Shown piece by piece: positions 19,139 through 29,000 of a stretch of 64,000 bases of DNA (within the stretch, counting starts at the first letter, position 1; each line of letters opens with the position of its first letter). This stretch comes from an uncultured Gammaproteobacteria bacterium (GTDB lineage: Bacteria; Patescibacteriota; Microgenomatia; Daviesbacterales; UBA10151), in contig CAYOSW010000005.1 of the NCBI GenBank assembly GCA_964406775.1, positions 1,362 to 65,361 on the forward strand, given 5' to 3'. A program made the translations under genes and the position numbers. The notes under the pieces were generated by a model. The model did not search any database. It saw nothing but the letters and a program-made list of their open reading frames with translations, and was not told where the DNA came from.

Positions 19139-19399
19139 CTAAGATTGATGAGCTGTAGAATTCTCCGGATTACCCTCAAGATCTTTGAGTATTTTCTTGG
19201 TTTCGCCGATACGGGCGGATAGAACTTCCCCCTGTTCCGTCAGCATCTGATAGGCTGCATTCTCGCTATTATCGCCCATATCCGTAGCGTCGCCTCTTTG
19301 TTCCATAATTGAGGCATACTCCTTCTCAAGAGTTGCGAGCTTCTCGCTCCACATTTTTACTTTTTCTTGCTTTATCTTATTGTTTGCCATAAAACACAA
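19139..19399 (-). CDS. stand-alone GreA/GreB N-terminal coiled-coil domain protein (mini-Gre)
   Basis: 86 aa ORF carrying the Gre finger-tip motif GDNSENAAY (compare canonical GDLSENAEY) within a predicted coiled coil. There is no C-terminal FKBP-like domain. The true start is probably MANNKIKQ. Confidence 0.6.
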   Translation of the reverse strand: MCFMANNKIKQEKVKMWSEKLATLEKEYASIMEQRGDATDMGDNSENAAYQMLTEQGEVLSARIGETKKILKDLEGNPENSTAHQS

Positions 19400-19527
19400 A
19401 GCCCCCTTGAGATTAATTCTTGGGGGTATTTGATGGTTACATACTAAAAAAGATTTCCGGAAATGTCAAACCTTAAGAGAACGATTGAATCCCTCTATAT
19501 CTGCTGTGCGTGTGGTAAAATTGCCGA

Positions 19528-20826
19528 ATGGAATTTGAGGTAATTGAACAAACTTATCCTGAAAACTTCCGCTCGGACATAACGCGCGAGCTCGGCGACC
19601 ATATTAACAAACGCCACAGCATCGTCTTTATAGGTATGCGCAGGGTCGGCATATCTAATTTCTTAAGGTTTTTTCTGTATCACAAACAACTCCGCCAAAA
19701 AACTTCGGCAGACAAACACCTCCTTATCGCCATCGATTTAAACGATCTTATCGAACGGACTATTCCTTCTTTTTGGGTATTAACGTTAAAGAGAGTTCTT
19801 GATACCGTCGAAGGGTCCGATTTTGCCCCTAAAACTAAAAAATATATCGAGAATCTATTTCTTGACGGTATCCAGTCCAAAAATACTTTTCTTCTTATAG
19901 AAAATATTAAAAAAGCTCTAAGTAAAATTATTTCCGAAGGTGTTTTCCCGACAATTTTTTTCATCCGGTTTGACAGGATTTCCGAATCCGCAACAGCCGA
20001 TTTTCTGGCAAATCTCGAAGGACTTAAAAGCTCAACCCACGGCAAGTTAAGCTATGTGTTCACAACTTCGCGCGGATTAAACTCCATCTCGCCAAAAGTC
20101 TTCTCGCACACTTCTCTTTCTCTTGCCGAAACGGAGATATTTTTAAAACCGGCAAGCCCGGAAGATCTTCAGGTAATTTGCGATGCCTATATCAAGAGAT
20201 TCGGGCTCCGGATTTCCGCGGAAACGGAGAAAGAATTAATTAAGCTTACCGGAGGCTACGTCCAATACCTCCAGCTGGCTCTAATTACCTTAAACGAGCC
20301 TGAGGTGAATAATAAAAAAATCAGTAATCTGTCCGAACTCTTAGAAAACGACGAGCGGATCAAACTTCAATCGGAAGAACTTTGGGAAGGCCTTACCGGA
20401 GATGAACAGGAAATCCTGCTTAAAGTTGTTGAGGGTGAAAAACTTACGGAAAAAGATTTAAAAGACAATAAATATTTATCAGACAGCGGATTTATGGTTA
20501 AACTCAAAAACGGCTTCAATATTTTCAGTCCGCTTTTTGAAAAGTTCCTGAAGAAAAAAGCCGAAAAAGGGGAGGGGAGTAACGGGAAAATCGATCTCTC
20601 CAAAAAAGAGCATCTGCTATTTTCCTTCCTTAAAGACAATTTAGGTGAGATTTGTGAGCGGGAAGCCATAATTGAGGCCGTCTGGCCGGAAGAGGAGGCT
20701 TTAGGGGTCTCTGATTGGGCAATTGACCGCCTTGTCGCCCGCCTGCGCAAAAAGATTAAGGATGAAGGCGAATTTGAAATAGTAACAATAAAAACCCGGG
20801 GATTTAAATTAATAGGAAAAAATTAA
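19528..20826 (+). CDS. STAND/AAA-like NTPase with degenerate P-loop fused to a C-terminal OmpR/PhoB-type winged-helix DNA-binding domain
   Basis: 432 aa ORF. The N-terminal region has IVFIGMRRVGISNF, which fits GxxxxGxS with Ile in the Lys position, and a Walker B-like LLIAIDLND. The C-terminus (EREAIIEAVWPEE...DWAIDRLVARLRKKIKDEG.FEIVTIKTRGFKLIG) matches the trans_reg_C wHTH. Confidence 0.55.
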   Translation: MEFEVIEQTYPENFRSDITRELGDHINKRHSIVFIGMRRVGISNFLRFFLYHKQLRQKTSADKHLLIAIDLNDLIERTIPSFWVLTLKRVLDTVEGSDFAPKTKKYIENLFLDGIQSKNTFLLIENIKKALSKIISEGVFPTIFFIRFDRISESATADFLANLEGLKSSTHGKLSYVFTTSRGLNSISPKVFSHTSLSLAETEIFLKPASPEDLQVICDAYIKRFGLRISAETEKELIKLTGGYVQYLQLALITLNEPEVNNKKISNLSELLENDERIKLQSEELWEGLTGDEQEILLKVVEGEKLTEKDLKDNKYLSDSGFMVKLKNGFNIFSPLFEKFLKKKAEKGEGSNGKIDLSKKEHLLFSFLKDNLGEICEREAIIEAVWPEEEALGVSDWAIDRLVARLRKKIKDEGEFEIVTIKTRGFKLIGKN

Positions 20827-21161
20827 CTGTAATTTCTGGTTCTGTCCAGATATGGCGCTTCTTTCCAATCGTGACTTATTCTTCTTCCTGAAAAGCTGGA
20901 GTCTGTAGCTACAGATAAACTTCTGAAATGGTGGCCGTCAGCACCGTGCTCACGTTCTATACCATCTTCATCAGGATATTTGTCTCCATAGTCAGCCCAA
21001 ACAGTCACGGCAGTTTTAGCCAGTTCCGCCGGCTCATCCCAATTTATTTTCGCTCCGTAGGGTAAAACCTCAAAACCTAAACCTTTAGGCTTCAAATGGT
21101 GAAACCTTTCTCTTGTAGTTCTTCGTTCTGTCCCGGGTCTGCCTGCGATATGTTCTTTCAT
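20823..21161 (-). CDS. hypothetical protein (His/Asp/Gly-rich)
   Basis: 112 aa ORF in a relatively GC-rich segment. No recognisable motif. First gene after the rpsG 3' remnant. Confidence 0.35.
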   Translation of the reverse strand: MKEHIAGRPGTERRTTRERFHHLKPKGLGFEVLPYGAKINWDEPAELAKTAVTVWADYGDKYPDEDGIEREHGADGHHFRSLSVATDSSFSGRRISHDWKEAPYLDRTRNYS

Positions 21162-21197
21162 AAGAATTTTGGGTTTTTGTTGGCGGAAGTTTCTGCA

Positions 21198-21225
21198 CCT
21201 ACCATCTAAAGTGGGCGCAGGCCTT
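21198..21225 (-). repeat. diverged duplicate of the rpsG 3' terminus (last 8 codons plus stop)
   Basis: The minus strand reads AAG GCC TGC GCC CAC TTT AGA TGG TAG, encoding KACAHFRW*. The true rpsG end at 21291-21317 reads AAG GCT TTT GCG CAT TTT AGA TGG TAA, encoding KAFAHFRW*. That is 19 of 27 nt identical, and most of the differences fall at third-codon positions. Confidence 0.5.
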
Positions 21226-21290
21226 AAAAGATTGTAGTTCTACAAGACGACGATCATTGTAGAAGCGAAAATCTCGCAAGGCTTTGCGCT

Positions 21291-21764
21291 TTACCATCTA
21301 AAATGCGCAAAAGCCTTATTGGCTTCAGCCATTCTGAGAGTATCTTCTTTCTTCTTTGCTGCGTACCCCTTGCCTTCTGCAGCGTCCATCAATTCCTGGG
21401 CTAATTTTAAGTGGAATCCGTGGAATTCTTTATTTGATTTAGCGCGGGCACCGGCGATTATCCAGCGGATCGCCAAAGATTCTTTTCTTTCTCCTCTGAC
21501 TTCAACGGGAACCTGGTAAGAGGCTCCTCCAACCCTTCTCGGACGGACTTCCATCTTCGGAGCAACGGTTGCAAGAGCGGTATCCAAAACAACCAAAGGT
21601 TTTTTGCCTGTTTTTTCGATTTGTTCGAGTGCATCATAAACCAATCTTTGTGCGGTAGTTTTTTTACCGTCACGCATTATTCTATTGATAATTTTGGTTA
21701 TAATTTTGGATCCGTAAATCGGATCTGCCTGAATTATTCTTTTCGGTGCTTTACCTGATCTCAT
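21291..21764 (-). CDS. rpsG: 30S ribosomal protein S7
   Basis: 157 aa ORF with S7 family motifs (PVVEVRPRRVGGASYQVPVEV). Immediately downstream of rpsL. Confidence 0.95.
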   Translation of the reverse strand: MRSGKAPKRIIQADPIYGSKIITKIINRIMRDGKKTTAQRLVYDALEQIEKTGKKPLVVLDTALATVAPKMEVRPRRVGGASYQVPVEVRGERKESLAIRWIIAGARAKSNKEFHGFHLKLAQELMDAAEGKGYAAKKKEDTLRMAEANKAFAHFRW

Positions 21765-22207
21765 TAGCTTGCAGCTGCGGTCTTAGGACCTGCGACTGCT
21801 CCCCCTTTCTTCTGGCCGTATTTGCTTCTGGATGTCTTTCTCTTTGCAACTCCGGACAAATCGAACTTACCGCGGATTAAATGATATTTAACTCCGGGCA
21901 AATCCTTAACTCTTCCTCCACGGACCAAAACGATACCGTGCTCTGCTAAATCGTGACCTTCACCCATAATATAAGCTGTAACTTCGGTTCTGTTGGACAA
22001 TCTGACCCTCGCTACTTTACGTAAAGCCGAATTAGGTTTTTTCGGAGTCATTGTTCTAACCAAAGTAACAACTCCCCTTTTCTGAGGGTTAAAGTTAGTA
22101 ACATATTTACGGTCTTTTGCATTATAAGAGCGTCTCAGGGCTGTCGCCTTGATTTTTCTTGCTGACGTCTTACGTCCTTTTCGTACTAATTGATTAATTG
22201 TTGGCAT
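21764..22207 (-). CDS. rpsL: 30S ribosomal protein S12
   Basis: 147 aa [16 protein letters not shown]-terminus, the [10 protein letters not shown] loop and the [13 protein letters not shown] motif. Confidence 0.95.
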   Translation of the reverse strand: MPTINQLVRKGRKTSARKIKATALRRSYNAKDRKYVTNFNPQKRGVVTLVRTMTPKKPNSALRKVARVRLSNRTEVTAYIMGEGHDLAEHGIVLVRGGRVKDLPGVKYHLIRGKFDLSGVAKRKTSRSKYGQKKGGAVAGPKTAAAS

Positions 22208-22318
22208 CTCTGTTTTTTTATATTCCGGGAGAAAGAATCAAAAGATTACACGAAGTAAAATTTAAATTCCTTCATCCCTAACCGGGATTACTCTAATCCG
22301 GAAATCCGGACCAGTAAT

Positions 22319-25300
22319 TTAGGATGGTTCCATTGCGGCCCGTTCAGGGCTTGTTGGAATCAACCGGCCAATAATAACATTTTCTTTCAGTCCAATCAAC
22401 TTGTCGATCTTACCTGAAGCTGCTGCTTCCGAAAGAACTGTTGTTGTTTCAACGAATGAAGCTGCTGACAGGAAGCTTTCGGTCTGGAGTGAAGCTCTGG
22501 TTATACCCAAAACGATTACTCCTGCAGTTGCCGGCTCTCCGCCCTCTGCCAAGACTCTGGTGTTCTCTTCTTCGAATCTGGTTTTATTTACAACTTCTCC
22601 GGGCAATAATACTGTATCGCCTTGAGATTCGATTCTGACTTTATCACTCATCTTGCGGACGATAATTTCAAAGTGCTTTTCATTAATATGCACACCCTGG
22701 GATTCGTAAACTTCTTTAGCTGCGTCAACAATGTATCTTTGAGCTTCTTTAAGTCCTTTTACTCTTAAGACTTCTTTAATATCCAAATGTCCTGCGGCAA
22801 GTTGAGTTCCTGCGGAAATCAACTGACCGTCTTCAACCAAGAGATCTGCTGTGATCGGAATTGCATATTCCCTTTCTTCGTGAGGCTTGGTTGTGGTTCT
22901 GACCCTGATAACTCTTCCTGTTTCGGTGTTAGAGATAGTAACTTTTCCGGCAATTTCCGAAATCGGGCTGGTTGATTTTGGAGTTCTGGCCTCAAAAAGT
23001 TCTTCAACACGGGGCAAACCTTGTGTAATATCGATACCGACAACTCCTCCTGAGTGGAAAGTACGCATTGTGAGCTGTGTACCGGGCTCTCCGATAGCCT
23101 GAGCTGCAACAACTCCGACAGGTGTTCCGAGACCTACCGGTTTTCTGGATGACAGATCAAGACCATAGCAGGCTGCACAAATTCCATATCTTGCTTCGCA
23201 GGTAAGAGGAGCGCGCACTAAAACTTCAGTAACTTCACTCTTGTAAATTGCTTCTACTTCCGGCTCTTCAAGATAAATTCCATCCGGAAGAAGCTGTTTT
23301 TTAGTTTTCGGATCTACAACTTTTCCGAGCAACTTGCGTCCCAGGAATCTGGTTGAATTTGATGCCGGATTATCGTGAATAACTTCAACAGGGAATCCGT
23401 TTTGGGTTCCGCAGTCCTCAATTCTGACGATCATATCGTGGGATACATCTACCAATCTTCTGGTCAGATATCCTGCATCGGCGGTTCTGATAGCACGGTC
23501 TGCAACTCCCTTTCTCGCTCCTCTACAGGAAGTGAAGTACTCGAACACTCCGAGTCCTTCACGGTAGTTGGATTTTGTAGGAAGTTCCACGATTTTACCT
23601 GTCGGATCAACTGAGAATCCTCTCATTCCGGCAGTTTGCGCGATCTGAGCTGTAGTTGCACGGGCTCCTCCGGACTGCATAATGATCTGGATAGGATTAT
23701 CAGGATCGATTGCCGCAAATGTTTTTCTGACAATTTCGTCTCCAATTCTGGTCCAGACTTCCTGGGAAAGAGCGCGTTTTTCTTCGCTGGTAATGATTTC
23801 CTTTTTAAAGTTATCTTCAATATCGGCAATTTCTTTATCACCCTTAGCAATTAAGGATTTCTTCTCAGGGATAATTTTGTTGTCAAAAATACCGACTGAA
23901 AGTCCGGAAATTGTTGCGCCCCAGAAACCGAATTCTTTAATATCGTCAATCAGTTGAGCAACTTCATCTTTGGTGAAGGCTTTAAATGCCTGCATTATGA
24001 TTCTTGAGATAACTCCGGCGTTAATTGTTTCGTTGATAAAGCGGAGTGATTCAGGCAGGAAGTTGTTAAAAATAATTCTTCCGACTGTTGTTTCGATAAT
24101 TGCATCGCCGATTTTAGCTTTAATCGGAGCTCTTAAATCAAGATTTGCTGTTTGGAATGCAAATTCGGCTTCTTCTCTTGAGTAAACCTTATCGGTAAGC
24201 ACTTTTGTCTTATCAATCGAAGTTACGAAGTAAGAACCCAATGCCATTTCACGGTTAGGAACGTTGATAGGTGATGAATTCGCAGGGCGCAGAATGTTTT
24301 CTTTTGCCATCATCAGATTTTTAGCTTCTTCTTTGGCTTTTTCGGACAAAGGTACGTGAACAGCCATTTGGTCTCCGTCAAAGTCGGCATTAAATCCGGC
24401 ACAGATACAAGGGTGAATCTGGATTGCGTTTCCGTCAATTAAGATCGGGAAGAATGCCTGAATACCTAATCTGTGCAGGGTAGGCGCACGGTTGATCAGA
24501 ACCGGGTGATCTTTGATAACTTCTTCCAAAATATCCCAAACCTCCGGAGGTCTGAATTCCAAAACATTTTTAGCTCCTTTTACGTTTGAAGCCAGGCCTC
24601 TTGAGATAACTTCGCGCAGTACGAAAGGCTTAAACATCTCAAGCGCCATTTCTTTAGGAAGTCCGACCTGAGCCAATTTAAGTTTAGGACCGACGATAAT
24701 AACCGAACGTCCTGAGTAATCTACCCTTTTTCCGAGCAAATTCTGTCTGAATCTTCCCTGTTTTCCTCTCAACATCTCGGAAAGTGATCTTAACTGGTGG
24801 GTTCCGGCTCTTCTGGTTGTTCTGGATGAAGAATCGATTAATGAATCGACTGCTTCCTGAAGCATTCTTTTCTCGTTTCTTAAAATAATTTCAGGAGCAC
24901 CGAGATCAATAAGTCTTTTCAAACGGTTATTTCTGTTGATAACTCTTCTGTAGAGATCGTTTAAGTCCGAAGTTGCAAATCTTCCTCCCGGTAATTGCAC
25001 CATAGGGCGCAAGTCAGGCGGGAGAACAGGCAATATTGTCAAAACCATTGAAGCCGGAGAAATTGTTGATTTTCTCATTCCTTCAACGAGTCTTAATCTT
25101 TTAGTGGCTTTGATATGGCGCTGACCTGAAGATTTTGAAACCTCGACTCTAAGCTCTGAAGCTAATTTATCCAGATCAATCTTATTTAATACCTCAAGCA
25201 ATGCTTCAGCTCCCATCTTAACTTCAAGGAAGTCTGCAACTCCGTACTCATCAAGTTTGAAGTATTCATCCTCCGAAAGAAGTTTCATCGGATTAATATT

Positions 25301-26005
25301 TTTAACCAATTCGGAAACTGTTTTGTAAATTTCCTCAAGCTGAGCGAGCTCTACCTGGTTTTGTTCTTTGAGCTGAGCAATTTTTCTTCTTGCTTCGATT
25401 TGGAATTCGGCAGCCTGGAGCTCGAATTTCTCGTCATTGCCGATTTTCTTCTTAAGTTCTTTTAATTCTCCGGTAGTTACGTCTTCCGCTTCCTTGATTG
25501 TTTTTTCCAAAGCTTCTTTTGAAGCGTCCTGTTTTTCGCCGAGCTGTTTTTCAAGTTTTTCGATAGCTTCAGCTTTTTTATCAGTATCAATTCCGGTAAC
25601 CAGGTATGAAGCAAAGTAAATTATTGCCTCAAGATTCTTCATAGTTAAATCAAGAATCAGGGATAATTTGCTCGGCGCACCTTTAACAAACCAGATATGG
25701 GCCACAGGCGAAGCTAAAGTAATATGACCCATTCTCTCGCGTCTTACTTTGGATTGTGTGACCTCAACTCCGCACTTGTCGCAGATAACACCACGGTAAC
25801 GGATTCTTTTATATTTTCCGCAGTAACATTCCCAATCCTTTGTCGGGCCGAAAATATTTTCAGCAAATAATCCGTCTTTTTCAGCTTTCAAAGTCCGGTA
25901 ATTAATTGTTTCCGGGCGTGTAACCTCACCGAATGACCAGCTTCTGATAATATCGGGTGAAGCGATAGCTACTTTAAGTTGATCAAAATCGAGTAAATTA
26001 TTCAT
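22319..26005 (-). CDS. rpoC: DNA-directed RNA polymerase subunit beta'
   Basis: 1228 aa ORF with the N-terminal zinc finger (CYCGKYKRIRYRGVICDKCGVEV), the NADFDGDQM catalytic loop and the trigger-loop region. Confidence 0.97.
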   Translation of the reverse strand: MNNLLDFDQLKVAIASPDIIRSWSFGEVTRPETINYRTLKAEKDGLFAENIFGPTKDWECYCGKYKRIRYRGVICDKCGVEVTQSKVRRERMGHITLASPVAHIWFVKGAPSKLSLILDLTMKNLEAIIYFASYLVTGIDTDKKAEAIEKLEKQLGEKQDASKEALEKTIKEAEDVTTGELKELKKKIGNDEKFELQAAEFQIEARRKIAQLKEQNQVELAQLEEIYKTVSELVKNINPMKLLSEDEYFKLDEYGVADFLEVKMGAEALLEVLNKIDLDKLASELRVEVSKSSGQRHIKATKRLRLVEGMRKSTISPASMVLTILPVLPPDLRPMVQLPGGRFATSDLNDLYRRVINRNNRLKRLIDLGAPEIILRNEKRMLQEAVDSLIDSSSRTTRRAGTHQLRSLSEMLRGKQGRFRQNLLGKRVDYSGRSVIIVGPKLKLAQVGLPKEMALEMFKPFVLREVISRGLASNVKGAKNVLEFRPPEVWDILEEVIKDHPVLINRAPTLHRLGIQAFFPILIDGNAIQIHPCICAGFNADFDGDQMAVHVPLSEKAKEEAKNLMMAKENILRPANSSPINVPNREMALGSYFVTSIDKTKVLTDKVYSREEAEFAFQTANLDLRAPIKAKIGDAIIETTVGRIIFNNFLPESLRFINETINAGVISRIIMQAFKAFTKDEVAQLIDDIKEFGFWGATISGLSVGIFDNKIIPEKKSLIAKGDKEIADIEDNFKKEIITSEEKRALSQEVWTRIGDEIVRKTFAAIDPDNPIQIIMQSGGARATTAQIAQTAGMRGFSVDPTGKIVELPTKSNYREGLGVFEYFTSCRGARKGVADRAIRTADAGYLTRRLVDVSHDMIVRIEDCGTQNGFPVEVIHDNPASNSTRFLGRKLLGKVVDPKTKKQLLPDGIYLEEPEVEAIYKSEVTEVLVRAPLTCEARYGICAACYGLDLSSRKPVGLGTPVGVVAAQAIGEPGTQLTMRTFHSGGVVGIDITQGLPRVEELFEARTPKSTSPISEIAGKVTISNTETGRVIRVRTTTKPHEEREYAIPITADLLVEDGQLISAGTQLAAGHLDIKEVLRVKGLKEAQRYIVDAAKEVYESQGVHINEKHFEIIVRKMSDKVRIESQGDTVLLPGEVVNKTRFEEENTRVLAEGGEPATAGVIVLGITRASLQTESFLSAASFVETTTVLSEAAASGKIDKLIGLKENVIIGRLIPTSPERAAMEPS

Positions 26006-29000
26006 CTTCTCCTCCTTCTTTTTCCATTGCCTGCGCAGCTAAATCTGCCGCTTGAGCTTCAGAATTATCGTCGTTTTCAGCGTCCGCGTCAACCAGTCCT
26101 GCATCTTCTTCCTGCGCCTCAACTGCTTCCTTCTTAGTTTCAGGTTCACCCTGCGCATCAAGTACTTCCATAGGGCCTGTTTCAGCGTTCAATTCCGAAT
26201 CAACTCCGACTTCTCCGACGCCCAAAGCTTCTTTTGCAGCCTCAATCGCAGCGGTTTCTGTAGATGACTCTTCTTTAACCTCTTCTTCATTAACTTCCTT
26301 GACACCCATCGGGATAACTTCAATACCCAAGCTCTGAAGTTCTTTTACAAGCACTTTAAACGATTCAGGAATTAAGGCTTGTGGAATTTCAGTTCCTTTA
26401 ATTATTGCCTCGAATGCTTTAGCACGTCCGACAACATCATCGGATTTTAAGGTCAACATTTCCTGAAGTACATTCGCAGCTCCGTATGCTTCCAGTGCCC
26501 AAACTTCCATTTCTCCGAGTCTTTGTCCTCCCATTTGGGCTTTTCCTCCCAAAGGCTGTTGTGTAACGAGTGAGTAAGGTCCAGTCGAACGGGCGTGAGT
26601 TTTATCCTCAACCATATGGATAAGCTTCAGGAAGTAAGCAATACCCACAACAACATCCTGTTTGAAGTATTCGCCGGTTCTTCCGTCAATCAACTTTGAT
26701 TTACCTGAAACAGGCAAGTTAGCTTTTTGGAGCTGTTCGATTAAAACTTCTTCGGGGATTTTCTCAAAAACCGGAGCTGCAACTTTAAATCCGAGTTTTT
26801 TAGCCGCAAGTCCTAAATGCGCCTCAAGAAGCTGTCCCAAGTTCATACGGGAAAGCACTGTAACCGAAGAAATAATGATATCCAAAGGTGTACCGTCTTC
26901 CAAATGAGGCATATCGGCAGCGGCAACGATTTTTGAGATAACACCTTTGTTTCCGTGTCTACCTGCGAGCTTGTCTCCGGCTGTAACTTTACGCAGTTGT
27001 GCTACTTTTACTTTGATTCTTTGTAAAACTCCGGCTCCAAGATCATCTCCTGCTTCGCGGGAAAGGATTTCGATACCGATAACTGTTCCTTTTTCTCCGT
27101 GAGGCATTCTTAAAGAGGTATCGCGGACTTCTTTAGCTTTTTCTCCGAAGATCGCACGGAGCAACCTCTCTTCTGCTGTAAGCTCGGTCTCTCCTTTGGG
27201 CTGAACTTTACCGACTAAAATATCACCGGGAGCTACTTCCGCACCGATTCTGACGATACCTGTCTCATCAAGATTTGCCAAAGCTTCTTCGGAAACGTTA
27301 GGAATATCAGGAGTTACTTCATCCGGACCGAGTTTTGTTTCAACAACGTCGGTGTTATATTCTTCGATGTGGATCGAAGACAAAACATCCTGTTTAACTA
27401 ATCTATCGGAAATAACGATAGCGTCTTCGTAACCGAGTCCGTCATAGCTCATATAACCGATCAGTAAATTAGTTCCGAGGGATAATTCTCCGTTGTCTGT
27501 TGAGGTTCCTTCAATCAAAAGATCGTCGGTTTTGATTTTCTGACCGGGAACAACTGCCGGCTTTTGTGAATAACAAGTCATAGAAGGGGAGTTGACGAAT
27601 TTTTTAACTTTAAATTCCTGCTTCTGTCCTTTTCCGGAAAGCATAATTTTTTCTCCGTCAGCGTAAGTGATCTCTCCGTCAAAAGGAGCTCTGACTGTTC
27701 TTGCCATAGTGTCCGCAATCATTGTTTCCATTCCCGTTCCGATAACCGGAGCCTGAGGCAAAAGAAGCGGTACGGCCTGACACTGCATATGAGTACCCAT
27801 CAAAGCACGGTTTGCATCATCGTGAGCCAAAAACGGAATTAAGGAAGCTGAAGTTCCGACGATTTGCTGAGGTGAGATATCGATTAAATTAACTTTTTCA
27901 ACTTCGGTTTCAAAAAAGCTTCCGAGGTAACGTACCGGAACTCTGGGCTGGTTAATAAAACCTTTATCGTCCATCTCAACAGTTGCTTCGGTAATATAAA
28001 GATCTTCCTCATCATCTGCAGTAAGATAGATTATTTCATCTGTTGCGCGGGGCTTACCTTTTTCGAGAACTACTTTTCTGTAAGGAGTTTCCAAAAATCC
28101 GTATTCGTTAATTCTTGCGTACAAAGCTAAATATGTAACCAAACCGATGTTCGGTCCTTCAGGAGATCTGATAGGATCGATTCTTCCGTACTGGGAATGG
28201 TTAATATCACGGATTGAGAAGCTGGCTCTGTCTCTTGAGATACCGCCGGTACCTGTAACTGACAATCTTCTCAAATGGTCAATTTCGGAGAGGGGATTGG
28301 TCTGATCTAAAATCTGGGAAAGCTGTGAACTTCTGAAGAATTCGTTGATAGCCGCAATTACCGGGCGGGCATTAACTAATCCTGCAGCTGTAATCTCCTG
28401 GTCAAGAGATAAAAGACTCATTCTCTCTTTGATTACTCTTTCGAGTCTTTGCAGACCAATCCAGAAAGCATTTTGAGCAACTAATTCTCCTACCATTCTG
28501 ACCCTGCGGTTGCCTAAATGATCGATATCGTCGGTTTTTCCGTTGCCGTTAGCTAAATTGATCAGGTATTTGAGAGTTGCAACAATATCTTCCTTGGTTA
28601 AAATCCAATTTTCAGGAGAATTAGGAATATCCAAACCCAATCTCTTGTTGATTTTGAATCTTCCGACACGGGTTAAATTATATCTTCTGGCGTTAAAGAA
28701 CATGTTTTGAAGTAAAGACTTTGCAGTTTCCAAAACAACAGGGTCTCCGGGACGCATTTTGCGGAAGATCTCAAGAAGGGCTTCGTTTTGATCCTTGGTC
28801 GGATCTTTTGCCATTGTTGATTCGATATAGCGGTGTTCGCCGTTATTATCAACGCTTTCAAAATTGGTTCTGATTTCATCTTCGGAAAGACCCAAAGCGC
28901 GGAGCAAGGTTGTTGCGGCAAATTTTCTTCTACGGTCGATCTTAACGGTTAGAACATCCGAGCGGGAAACTCCGAATTCAAGCCAGGAACCGTGCTGAGG

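Noticed and set aside
22401-25619. Numerous 60-100 aa ORFs in the track that are antisense or out-of-frame within rpoC, rpoB, fusA, tuf, secY and the r-protein genes. Examples: 22441..22638, 23636..23854, 26052..26267, 17127..17357, 14933..15379.
   Set aside because: Each lies entirely inside a long, confidently identified gene on the other strand or in another frame. They have low-complexity, S/L/F-rich translations with no motifs. They are typical shadow ORFs.
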